The notes beneath the pieces are model-generated. The model worked only from the letters and a program-made list of their open reading frames with translations, was not told the DNA's origin and did no database searches. A program made the position numbers and the translations under genes. A DNA stretch of 64,000 bases from assembly GCF_900176375.1 (NCBI RefSeq), contig NZ_FWYF01000001.1:1062449-1126448 (forward strand), read 5' to 3'. Origin of the DNA: Reichenbachiella faecimaris. GTDB lineage: Bacteria > Bacteroidota > Bacteroidia > Cytophagales > Cyclobacteriaceae. The first letter of the stretch is position 1, and each line of letters opens with the position of its first letter. This document shows, in pieces, positions 10,931-19,803 of this stretch.

Positions 10931-12466
10931 ATGGCACTACCATCCGAAAAATTAGCACAATCTCTGGAAGTTCTGAAAGAAATACAAAGCAATGGTTCGA
11001 AAACAATCAAAGCTAAAAACCTCACCAGAACACATAGAGAAAGGTTACTAAAACATGGCTTCATCAAAGAAGTAATGAAAGGATGGTATATATCTTCAAG
11101 ACCAGATGAAGTTCCAGGAGACAGCACAAGTTGGTACACCTCATTTTGGGACTTTTGTTCTAACTATCTAAATGATCGATTTGGAAATGAATGGTGCTTA
11201 TATCCTGAGCAATCTTTACTATTACACAGTGGCAACTGGACTATACCAAATCAATTATTGGTAAAAGCCACAAAAGGCCAAAATAATCAGACCACTCTCC
11301 TTTATGGAACTTCTATCTTTGACACAAGGCTTTCTTTGCCAGCCCATGACTCAATTATTGAAATTGACGGGCTTAAACTTAACACTCTGCCGTCAGCCCT
11401 AATCTCAATTTCTGAAAATTTCTATCGTCTACATCCGATAGATAGCCGAACCGCACTGAGCTTGATTAAAGATTCATCAGATATTTTAACGCTATTATTA
11501 GATGGGGGGCATTCGACAATTGCCGGCCGGCTAGCTGGTGCATTTAGAAATATAGGTAACGATCGTGTGGCAAACGACATAATCAAAACCATGAGGGCAG
11601 CTGACTATGACGTAAGGGAGACCGACCCATTTGAAGAAAAATTACAACATTCGATCAATACTAGAGAAGTATCTCCTTATGTACAACGTATAAAATTGCT
11701 CTGGCAGCAAATGAGAGATGAAATCATAGACATTTTCCCAAAAGCTCCTGATGTAAAGAACAAAGAAAGTTACCTGAAATTAGTTGAGGAACTTTATACA
11801 ACTGACGCTTATCACTCCCTATCCATAGAAGGATATCAAGTCACTTCAGAGCTTATAGAAAGGGTCAGATCCGGTAGTTGGAATCCCGATAGTAACGTAG
11901 AAGATCAGGATCAAAAAAATGCCTTGGCCGCAAGAGGCTACTGGCTAGCCTTTCAGTCCGTGAAAACAAGTATTGAAAAAATATTTGATGGTCAACCCCC
12001 AGGAGGAGTAGCTGATTTGGATCATGGAGATTGGTATCGGGCACTTTTTCAACCGAGTGTTGCTGCAGGTATCATAAAACCTTCAGATCTGGCAGGGTAT
12101 CGCAATAGCCCTGTTTATATCAAAAATTCTAAGCATGTACCATTGAACCGGGATGCCGTCCGAGATTGCATGCCAGTCTTATTCGAACTACTGTCGAATG
12201 AATCAGAAGCTTCGGTACGAGCCATTTTAGGACATTTTATTTTCACTTTCATTCACCCCTATATTGACGGAAATGGTCGAATTGGCCGCTTCTTGATGAA
12301 CGTAATGTTGGCCTCTGGGGGGTATCCATGGACAATTATTCCTGTAGAGAAAAGAAATGAATATATGAATGCTCTAGAAAAAGCCAGTATCAATCAAGAC
12401 ATTCAACCCTTTGCTCATTTTGTTTCTCAACAAGTAAAACTTATTAATTCATCAAATAAGCGTTAA
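10931..12466 (+). CDS. Fic family protein (class II, AMPylase-type Fic core with cis inhibitory helix) with an N-terminal ~260-aa AbiEi-like wHTH extension
   Basis: The canonical Fic motif HPYIDGNGRIGR is at 12254..12289. An (S/T)xxxE(G/N) inhibitory motif (SLSIEG) is at 11816..11833, upstream of the core. The N-terminal segment (LTRTHRERLLKHGFIKEVMKGWYISSRPDE) resembles AbiEi-type wHTH. Confidence 0.85.
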   Translation: MALPSEKLAQSLEVLKEIQSNGSKTIKAKNLTRTHRERLLKHGFIKEVMKGWYISSRPDEVPGDSTSWYTSFWDFCSNYLNDRFGNEWCLYPEQSLLLHSGNWTIPNQLLVKATKGQNNQTTLLYGTSIFDTRLSLPAHDSIIEIDGLKLNTLPSALISISENFYRLHPIDSRTALSLIKDSSDILTLLLDGGHSTIAGRLAGAFRNIGNDRVANDIIKTMRAADYDVRETDPFEEKLQHSINTREVSPYVQRIKLLWQQMRDEIIDIFPKAPDVKNKESYLKLVEELYTTDAYHSLSIEGYQVTSELIERVRSGSWNPDSNVEDQDQKNALAARGYWLAFQSVKTSIEKIFDGQPPGGVADLDHGDWYRALFQPSVAAGIIKPSDLAGYRNSPVYIKNSKHVPLNRDAVRDCMPVLFELLSNESEASVRAILGHFIFTFIHPYIDGNGRIGRFLMNVMLASGGYPWTIIPVEKRNEYMNALEKASINQDIQPFAHFVSQQVKLINSSNKR

Positions 12467-12554
12467 ATTTTACCCTAGATCTTATTAACTCTAATTATAT
12501 AGATCTTTACTTGAAGTATTAAATAATTTAGATGTACATAGACGAAAACCCAAC

Positions 12555-15500
12555 TTGATCAAATCAATTTTCTCCTTTCGAAACTTTAGTATAGCTTGTT
12601 ATACACTGTCGATAGTATTAGCTCTTATCTGGCACTTTTATTTTGATGGTGGTTTCGAGCCATTCACAGTACTCCCTTTGTTCGTTCTATCTTTAGCTGG
12701 ATATCTACTCAATAAGCACGCTAACAATATAAATCATGAACTTTTTTCAAATTTTCAGAACGAAATTAATGAAGCTGAAAATTTGTTCATTTCATATTTC
12801 ACCAGATCATGCATAAAAAGACTCGATGAAATCCAAAAGAGAATTGATACGTCTACCTTAACAGGGACACTTGGTACAACATTAAAAGCTAGGGCATTCT
12901 ATCTTAAAGGCCAATGCTATAGTCATATTGGAGACAATGACAATGGCTTTCCTTGTTTCCTTCAAGCAGCATCACTGAAAACGGACATAAAATATCTAGA
13001 AAGAAAATGCACCATCACATATCATGCTGGCGAAGAAAATAATGCACTTGAAATAGCCAATGACATTCTTGAACAAGACCCCTTAAATCCACGCGCAAAT
13101 GCAATAAAACTAATTATTGATAAAAACTTTGACATAGAAAGTATACATCCTTTCCTAAAAACGGATAAAACATTTAATCAAATATTCGGCAATATAGTAT
13201 CGAAACAATATCAGATAAATATTGACAAAAAACTTATCGATCTGGAATCTATAATAGTGCCAGATACCTTAAGTTCAGAAGACTATCACTATTGGGTATT
13301 TATCCTTTCGCATAGTTATTCAAAATTCTTACAAGAAAATCCGCTGGTATATTCAAAGCCAAATCCTGATAAATTAAACTCCTCAACTTCCCTTATTTCA
13401 AATATTAGTTCAATTTCAGAAATCATTCTTAATGCCACGAAAAATTCTGAACTAATTGAACAAAGTCAAACACTCAAATCTATTGAGTTTATTAGCCTTC
13501 ATATAAAATATTTACTTTATCAAGATTCAAATATCCCCAACAAAATGGTTAAAGTTATAACTCAAGAAGGCTATGTAATTAGTGAAAATGAGTTTATAAC
13601 AACAATTGCTCTATTGGGAAAGGTCAAGCTTCCAGAAATGATACTGAATTTTAAAAATCATGATTACGTCAAAAAATTAAATCTAGAAGTAATTTTCGCT
13701 CTGGCCTGTGTTGAAACGGAAGCAAAAGATGAGGCTATCAGTTTCTTTAAAGGATACATTCAAGGTTTAAACTTAGTTCAACGCTTTGCGGTTAAAAATA
13801 TCACATTGGCCATTGAATATTTTAGGCTTAACGATATTAATACAAGCGATTTATTTGACAATCAGCTAGCAACTAAAAAATATGAATATGAAGTAGATAA
13901 GCTTCTAATTAATATTGCTTGCAAGAAAGACCATATTCCAAATGAAGAATTAAAAAAACTAATTCTTTCCCCAAACCTTGAGCATAAATTACTCAGTATA
14001 GAAAACAAAGAATATTTATGTCTATGCTTAAATCAAATCGGTGAATTCGATGAGAGTAATAAACTTCTCATGGATGACTTAGACATTTCAAAAGAATCAT
14101 TAATGAGCTATCTATATTTAGATAATCTCTATAAAAATAGGAGCCAGTACGATGATTTGATAAAAGGGCTTGAATACTGGAGGTTAAATCATGCCCCCGT
14201 TTTTATATTGATGACCTATGAAATCGAACTTCAGCATACCCTTAGAAACTATGAGAAACTGGAAGAAGTATGTAATTACGGATTAGTACACTACCAAAGC
14301 TACAAAACAACCCTAATATACTATTTAATAATTGCATTAAATGGTGAATCACACAAGATTGATACCCTGAAAAAACTCCTAAACGAGGACGCATTGAGTT
14401 GTGATTTCAGTTGGCAAATGGCGTTTCATGTAGCACGCATTTGCTTAAATCATGAGTTTTACGAAATTGGATTTGAACTAGCTTACAGGAAAACTAAGAG
14501 CCGACCAGACAATATTCAAATAAAACAACATTATTTCGCATTAGTTGCGCAATTTTTAGACTCTTCTAAAATCACTGATCCCGGCAAAGTAGAGCTCGAT
14601 TCATCAGTAATTCTAATAGGAGAAAAAAGTAAACATATTATCCATATTAATGCCGACACTATATCTGGAAATAAAATTGTTCGTGAAATTCTAAACCAGA
14701 AAGCTGGCTTTTCCTTTATTAATAAGGACGAAGCCACGAATCAAAGTCGTGAATTGACCATTGAAAAGGTGGTAAATAAATATTCAGGTTTAATGACAGA
14801 AATCATGAATGAAATTTCATCTACGAGCAAGTCATTAGGGTATGACATAATATCTGTAACATACAAACAAGATGATATTGATTCAATTAATAGAGTCCTT
14901 TCCAATAGTTTCGGTAAAATGGGTGATAAAAGACAGATCATTCAAGGAAACGCCTTTAGCAGTTTCAATTCGGGAAAAATTAGTTTCACAAAATTGGTAC
15001 TAAATGTGAATTCATCAAGTTCAATAGAGATTTATCGTTCCTTGATAAGCGACTCTACTGCCAGTATTCATATTGTACCGAAGTCGTTATTTAATCAAGC
15101 AGATTTTTCTAAAGTAACTGAATATGTCCTTGATATCACCTCTTTGTTGATCCTTTCAAAATTAAAACCCAAAATCGACAGCGAAAATATAACTCTACTG
15201 GTGTCTCAAATATTGATAGATTATTTAGAATTCAAGACACAAGAGGTAAGACATATGCCCGATGAGGCTATGAATCTAAATATTACCTCTCTGGGCGTTC
15301 AACCATTCTTCTACCCTGAAAACTATAGAGCAGAATTGCTAAAGCAACTTTCAAATTTGACAAGTTGGATATCTGAAAATTGTAAAATTGAGTTTGCACC
15401 TGACAAGCTGGACTTACTTATGAAAGACCCTACATTGCTTGATAGAGAAGATTGGCATTTTCAACTTTGTTTGGATAATCTGCTAATAGCAAATAGACCA

Positions 15501-16031
15501 AATAGGTCTATTATCTCAGATGATCTAATGTACTTTCAAGAAAAACGGCCTTTCACTAACCCTCTTAGTGTCGAACACTTTCTCAGGATTCATAAACCAG
15601 ACCAATTAAGAGAGTACCAGCTCAGCTTACTCGAATTTAACCAGGTAGGATTGACATTAGATTCTAAGGTAATAACGCAGTGTTTCGAAGAAAACCCGAT
15701 GATTGAATCATCAAATAACCTCTTCAGAAAAGCAGTTAACAACTTATCATTTCATAAACATGGTGATCCAAACCTAATTTATGAGGTAATAGTTACCGTA
15801 AAAAACATTTACTTACTCGAATTGGAAAGGGGTTTCAAGCAGAGATTAGCTCAAACCTTGTTTACTGAAGCTTTAAAAGGTTACCCAATTACACTTAACT
15901 CTGGCACTAAATTTAGTGAATTTATCAAAAAGGAATTTTGCCTAATGGGAGACATTGGTCTCGACGTTATCGATGCGCTAACCAAGTCATTAGAAATTCT
16001 AAACAAATCAAGAAATCTTGCAGCAGACTAA
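12555..16031 (+). CDS. Large (1158 aa) membrane-anchored alpha-helical repeat (TPR-like) protein of unknown function, co-oriented downstream of Fic
   Basis: The ORF is long and uninterrupted with a TTG start and no in-frame ATG for >300 codons. Two N-terminal hydrophobic helices are present. The remainder is helical, Leu/Ile/Lys/Asn-rich, without a Walker A or other recognisable catalytic motif. It lies 88 bp after the Fic stop. Confidence 0.55.
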   Translation: MIKSIFSFRNFSIACYTLSIVLALIWHFYFDGGFEPFTVLPLFVLSLAGYLLNKHANNINHELFSNFQNEINEAENLFISYFTRSCIKRLDEIQKRIDTSTLTGTLGTTLKARAFYLKGQCYSHIGDNDNGFPCFLQAASLKTDIKYLERKCTITYHAGEENNALEIANDILEQDPLNPRANAIKLIIDKNFDIESIHPFLKTDKTFNQIFGNIVSKQYQINIDKKLIDLESIIVPDTLSSEDYHYWVFILSHSYSKFLQENPLVYSKPNPDKLNSSTSLISNISSISEIILNATKNSELIEQSQTLKSIEFISLHIKYLLYQDSNIPNKMVKVITQEGYVISENEFITTIALLGKVKLPEMILNFKNHDYVKKLNLEVIFALACVETEAKDEAISFFKGYIQGLNLVQRFAVKNITLAIEYFRLNDINTSDLFDNQLATKKYEYEVDKLLINIACKKDHIPNEELKKLILSPNLEHKLLSIENKEYLCLCLNQIGEFDESNKLLMDDLDISKESLMSYLYLDNLYKNRSQYDDLIKGLEYWRLNHAPVFILMTYEIELQHTLRNYEKLEEVCNYGLVHYQSYKTTLIYYLIIALNGESHKIDTLKKLLNEDALSCDFSWQMAFHVARICLNHEFYEIGFELAYRKTKSRPDNIQIKQHYFALVAQFLDSSKITDPGKVELDSSVILIGEKSKHIIHINADTISGNKIVREILNQKAGFSFINKDEATNQSRELTIEKVVNKYSGLMTEIMNEISSTSKSLGYDIISVTYKQDDIDSINRVLSNSFGKMGDKRQIIQGNAFSSFNSGKISFTKLVLNVNSSSSIEIYRSLISDSTASIHIVPKSLFNQADFSKVTEYVLDITSLLILSKLKPKIDSENITLLVSQILIDYLEFKTQEVRHMPDEAMNLNITSLGVQPFFYPENYRAELLKQLSNLTSWISENCKIEFAPDKLDLLMKDPTLLDREDWHFQLCLDNLLIANRPNRSIISDDLMYFQEKRPFTNPLSVEHFLRIHKPDQLREYQLSLLEFNQVGLTLDSKVITQCFEENPMIESSNNLFRKAVNNLSFHKHGDPNLIYEVIVTVKNIYLLELERGFKQRLAQTLFTEALKGYPITLNSGTKFSEFIKKEFCLMGDIGLDVIDALTKSLEILNKSRNLAAD

Positions 16032-16079
16032 CAGACTCAGGAAGTTCTAATTGTCACCCATTTCTGATACTGTTAGCAA

Positions 16080-17252
16080 TTACAATAATGAATTACTCGT
16101 ATGAACTAACGTTCTCAAAAAGTGAATTTGAAAAAACCACAAGCAAACGCTATTAAAATGAGATAATTCGAGGTTTCTAATATTCTCAATTTCATTCTCA
16201 GGGCTAACACAATTACCATTAAACAGTAGGTTTTTAGCCAATTTTTCAGACAGAGCCCAATAATCATCCTGACGCAATAACACCCGGCCGGCAAACCTAT
16301 TTTTTAGTTTTTCAAAATCATTTTTAGAAATACCTTTGGTCAACCTATTCATTTCAGATTTTATCAATGCTATAGCTCTTTTGGTCTTTGATTTCTCTAC
16401 ATCAAATTCGAGGTAAAGAAGTCCACAATCGGAAAAACGGGGAGCATTCAGATCGATATCATAAATCAATTGATTTTCGACTCTCAGTCTTTGATAAACC
16501 CGATCCTCGAACATGCAAATGGCCAGCTGAATGTACAAATCATCTTCATGATCATATTTAGGTATTGGAAAACCTAAAATTACATGATCTGGATCTTCTG
16601 GCAGATTCGTTTTATCCCAAATTTCAAAGCTGTCGCAATAGTAAAATGCTTTTCTCACTCGGTGATTTGCCTCTAGTGATACTGTACCAAATGCATCATT
16701 AAACATGGCCTCTACTTCTGCATCTGGCAAATCCGAAATAATTGAGATTACCGCCCTCGATGTACTAAAGATCCTGGAATAAAATGCTGACATCTTATCA
16801 ACGCCAATCTTTTGAATACTGGCCTTTGTGCCAAGTATACTTCTCCCAAGGTCATGATTGCGAAAAAACAATTCGTAATACTCATCAATCATCTCATCTG
16901 ATTCGTCAATCTCACACAAAACGATCTCTTTTTCTCTTGAGACCATATCACTATCAATAGACAAGTCAAAAACCTCCTTTTTTAAAGAATCTAAACTTTG
17001 AGATAAGAATTGCTTAGGTACAACAAATTGGAAAGTCATTTCCTCATGACCGGTTCCTGCATCTAATTGTCCACCTCTCGCTTCAACTACTTCGCTGAGC
17101 TTTTGATTGGACATTATCAAATGCTCCAGAAAGTGGGCATAACCCTGTTCATCGCTTCTTTCATCCCTGCTACCAAACCCAAGAGTAAAGCAAACATAAA
17201 CACCCTGTATACCTGGGTTTCTTTGATAATATGCTTTTATCTCATTGGACAT
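16080..17252 (-). CDS. M16 family (pitrilysin/insulinase-type) zinc peptidase-like protein
   Basis: The inverted zinc motif HFLEH is at 17121..17135. The surrounding sequence, GSRDERSDEQGYAHFLEHL...EVVEARGGQLDAGTGHEEMTFQF, matches the M16 N-terminal signature (GSRhE..G.AHFLEHm...GG.lNA.T..d.T.Y). The track ORF starts with TTG at 17297. The likely ATG (MSNEIK) is at 17252. Confidence 0.7.
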   Translation of the reverse strand: MSNEIKAYYQRNPGIQGVYVCFTLGFGSRDERSDEQGYAHFLEHLIMSNQKLSEVVEARGGQLDAGTGHEEMTFQFVVPKQFLSQSLDSLKKEVFDLSIDSDMVSREKEIVLCEIDESDEMIDEYYELFFRNHDLGRSILGTKASIQKIGVDKMSAFYSRIFSTSRAVISIISDLPDAEVEAMFNDAFGTVSLEANHRVRKAFYYCDSFEIWDKTNLPEDPDHVILGFPIPKYDHEDDLYIQLAICMFEDRVYQRLRVENQLIYDIDLNAPRFSDCGLLYLEFDVEKSKTKRAIALIKSEMNRLTKGISKNDFEKLKNRFAGRVLLRQDDYWALSEKLAKNLLFNGNCVSPENEIENIRNLELSHFNSVCLWFFQIHFLRTLVHTSNSLL

Positions 17253-17312
17253 TGAAACCAACTTCTTATTACATATTATGAGATATAAACTATACAATGA
17301 TCAGTACTAGGT

Positions 17313-17978
17313 TTATTGTAAGTATTCATGCATCAATCGAGTTGTCTTATTAATAAGGCCAGCTAAATTATCCTCCAAGAATCCATTATAATTTGAAACT
17401 GGTCTTTGAATCATGACATTAGCCATTTCTTCTACATTTAAATTGTGCTCTGGCAAGAATTTGGAAATCAGAATTGAACTTTCCAAGGGATGATTTATCA
17501 AATCTTCAAAATTGATTATTAAGATTGGCATCTTATAATCTTTTAAACTTTGAAGTGTGGAAAAAGTCATTCTTTCTATATCGGACACATCAACCAATTG
17601 AGACTTCAATTTTAATAAATCAACTTTCGGGTCATTAGTCTTTTCTTTATCCTTAAGAAGACCGAATAGTAAGTTCGAGACTTTTTTTATACTCTTAGAT
17701 TGTTCTTTTGAGTTTCTCAATACCCAAATAAATTTATAAGAATATCCCTTTGGCAAGTTCAAACAAAACGGAAATAATACCTTGACAGCTGCACCTTTGC
17801 ATTCATTTAGCCAAGAGGATTTTTCGGGCAATGCCATCTGTAAAGGAGATTCAAAAAAGGGATGAAACTTAGGATCAACAAAAACAGGAAGTCCTCCTTG
17901 ATTCAGCATTTTCATTAATAAAGAAGATCCACATCTTCCCATTCCCGTAACTACAGTAATAGAATTTTTAACTTTCAT
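17313..17978 (-). CDS. Small P-loop protein, sulfotransferase-family-like
   Basis: An N-terminal P-loop-like VVTGMGRCGSSLLMKML is at 17922..17945, resembling the 5-prime-PSB motif of bacterial sulfotransferases. A possible 3-prime-PB-like WVLRNSKEQ follows. The gene ends 15 bp before the M16 gene start, so the two form an operon. Confidence 0.4.
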   Translation of the reverse strand: MKVKNSITVVTGMGRCGSSLLMKMLNQGGLPVFVDPKFHPFFESPLQMALPEKSSWLNECKGAAVKVLFPFCLNLPKGYSYKFIWVLRNSKEQSKSIKKVSNLLFGLLKDKEKTNDPKVDLLKLKSQLVDVSDIERMTFSTLQSLKDYKMPILIINFEDLINHPLESSILISKFLPEHNLNVEEMANVMIQRPVSNYNGFLEDNLAGLINKTTRLMHEYLQ

Positions 17979-18100
17979 GATTTTGAGATTATATTTTTTA
18001 TTAATTACAATTTCAGGTTAGATCAACCAACTATTAAAAACCTGAATTCTTTCTTCTTCAATATCTGCCAACACAGAATTGGCATTAGAATGTCTTAAAT

Positions 18101-19117
18101 TTATTCCTGAGACAGAATATTTGACGCTAAAATTGATTTGCCGAGGGAATACTCAAGGCTATCCTTAAGATCCAGATCTAAGCACAGACGTTTATGGTCT
18201 GACCACCAATCATTTTTCACATGTTCCTGGATTGATTCAACTGTTAATCTCAACCTTTCTAATAGCTCATTTTCTTCTGGAATATCATCATATAAATCGT
18301 TGAATTCTCCTAACGCTGACACTGCATTGATTTTATTAAGTAGGGAGTCGCAAGCTTCAACTGTTAATTTTTGATCTTGTAAACTGAGTATTTCAACAAT
18401 TAGAGATTTAAAATCTCCGGTAAATTGAAGATTGGCATTGCCTTTTTCATCGAAGTCCTCTTTCTCTAAAATAACCTCAATTTGAAACTGGTCTGATAAT
18501 GTAATAACATCAGAGTGAAGATTGGTTTCCAAGCGTTTAATCTTCATATTCTCAAACCTTTCGATAAATCTGGTAGCCTGGTTCCAAATTAGATTCTCTG
18601 TGTATTGATCAGCATCATAATCATAAATGTCCTCAACAGCATCTTGGATATCTTCAAGACTATTTATGTAATGATCGGTTTCCTCCAGTTTATGCGCATA
18701 CTCAGGAGGTAGCTCTATCAATCGTCTCAAAACTTTCTTAAAGCCTTTCAAGGCAATTCTTTTTTTCTTGCGCAACTCTATTGCCGCAGAATTTAGTAAG
18801 TCATTTGAAGCTGAATTAGCGTCAAATTTAATGAGCTCCTTTTGTTCTTCTTGTGGTTCACTGTGAACTTGTTTGGGTTCATTTTCGACTTCCGTTGGTT
18901 CACTTTGGGATTCTACTAGTTCATTTTCCAATTGAGTCAGGGCTTCAATTTCATCATCCGAACTGAACTGATTGATCCATCTGTATATTGTGGCCTTCGA
19001 TACTTGTCCTTCTAGCTGGCGTTCAATTTCATTTGCGTTACGTCCTTCTTCAAATAACTTTCTGGCCTCTTCTCTTAATTCTTTATTTCCTTTCATGATT
19101 TCAGGTTTATAAAACAT
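18101..19117 (-). CDS. HTH-domain protein (N-terminal terminase-small-subunit-like or transposase-like HTH, acidic linker, C-terminal domain of unknown function)
   Basis: The N-terminus reads EGRNANEIERQLEGQVSKATIYRWINQ. An acidic E/Q-rich tract follows. The rest has no recognisable motifs. Confidence 0.45.
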   Translation of the reverse strand: MFYKPEIMKGNKELREEARKLFEEGRNANEIERQLEGQVSKATIYRWINQFSSDDEIEALTQLENELVESQSEPTEVENEPKQVHSEPQEEQKELIKFDANSASNDLLNSAAIELRKKKRIALKGFKKVLRRLIELPPEYAHKLEETDHYINSLEDIQDAVEDIYDYDADQYTENLIWNQATRFIERFENMKIKRLETNLHSDVITLSDQFQIEVILEKEDFDEKGNANLQFTGDFKSLIVEILSLQDQKLTVEACDSLLNKINAVSALGEFNDLYDDIPEENELLERLRLTVESIQEHVKNDWWSDHKRLCLDLDLKDSLEYSLGKSILASNILSQE

Positions 19118-19181
19118 GAAACAAATGAATAATATCGGATCTGATTTGGTTTTTAGAATTTTTGCATTCTTGCATTAATTT

Positions 19182-19406
19182 TCATTCCCTTTCCATCTTT
19201 TTCTCATATTCCCATTCAATATCCAGGTGTTTGAGCAGTTTTATCATCTGGCCGCTGGAAATCAACCCCCTTTTCTTTATGTTAATTTCAGACCTAGAAT
19301 TGACAGCACTCTCAATCGATTTTCTCAATGTGGGTTGTGATACACCTAACATATCAGCCAATTCTTTACGGTTGAAAAAGTTTTTATTGTTTGGAAGTAT
19401 AACCAT
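19182..19406 (-). CDS. Small HTH DNA-binding protein (AlpA/excisionase or regulator-like)
   Basis: It is 74 aa with FNRKELADMLGVSQPTLRKSIE as the HTH. It sits immediately downstream of the iteron region. Confidence 0.5.
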   Translation of the reverse strand: MVILPNNKNFFNRKELADMLGVSQPTLRKSIESAVNSRSEINIKKRGLISSGQMIKLLKHLDIEWEYEKKMERE

Positions 19407-19494
19407 AATTCAGTGCTGGAGCTGAGATATTATTTTGTGGCCTTGTTTAGCTGACGAAAACTGATTTGCGTCTCATGTAGCAATTTTAAAAAAT

Positions 19495-19750
19495 GCGTAG
19501 TTTTTGTAGTTTTCGTCGTTTCGAGAAATAACAAATTGATTATCAAATAATTAGGCAAGTTAAAAAAACTACAAAGCAAAAATATGTGTGTAGTTTTTTG
19601 TAGTAATGGATTCCAATTATATTGGATAAAAACTACGTATACTACATTTTTAAAATAGGAATGTAGTTTTGTAGTACACCCAAATACATCATTATTGAAT
19701 GTATAGGGCTTATTTTTAGGAAAAACTACAAAAACTACAAAAACTACGTT
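19495..19750. repeat. Iteron array (at least 9 copies of AAAACTAC / GTAGTTTT in both orientations, including 3 tandem AAAAACTAC at 19721..19748), a candidate replication or transfer origin
   Basis: Examples are cgtagtttttgtagttttcg (19497-), aaaaaactacaaagc (19563-), gtgtagttttttgtag (19588-), aaaactacgtatactac (19629-), atgtagttttgtagtac (19661-) and aaaaactacaaaaactacaaaaactacg (19721-). The array is non-coding and lies directly upstream of the primase-helicase gene. Confidence 0.65.
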
Positions 19751-19803
19751 ATTTACAATCATGATATTAATAATCTAAAATTGCTTTGATTTCATATTCA
19801 GTC

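Noticed and set aside
12481-12554. Search for an upstream in-frame ATG for the 1158-aa gene, because the track start is TTG
   Set aside because: An in-frame stop at 12492 and no ATG between it and 12555 mean the TTG (or a nearby non-ATG start) must be used. This is noted in the feature rather than treated as a pseudogene.
15938-16156. 72-aa ORF (and embedded 22-aa MNYSYELTFSKSEFEKTTSKRY) between the convergent TPR-giant and M16 genes, considered as a possible RiPP precursor
   Set aside because: It overlaps the 3-prime ends of both flanking genes in alternative frames, with no independent start context. I could not find support beyond ORF length.
19162-19425. 87-aa plus-strand ORF antisense to the 74-aa HTH gene
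   Set aside because: It lies entirely antisense to a gene with a clear HTH motif, and the Cys/Ser-rich translation has no features. It is most likely a shadow ORF.
19721-19748. Short tandem repeat aaaaactac x3 considered as a possible CRISPR or minisatellite
   Set aside because: It has only three 9-bp units with no spacers, and is part of a larger bidirectional iteron array. No CRISPR-like repeat-spacer structure exists anywhere in the window.
19430-19762. 110-aa minus-strand ORF (KTTKTTKTT... translation) covering the iteron region
   Set aside because: Its sequence is the translation of the AAAACTAC repeats (TKTTKTT), so it is low-complexity and non-coding. It is better explained as an origin or iteron array.
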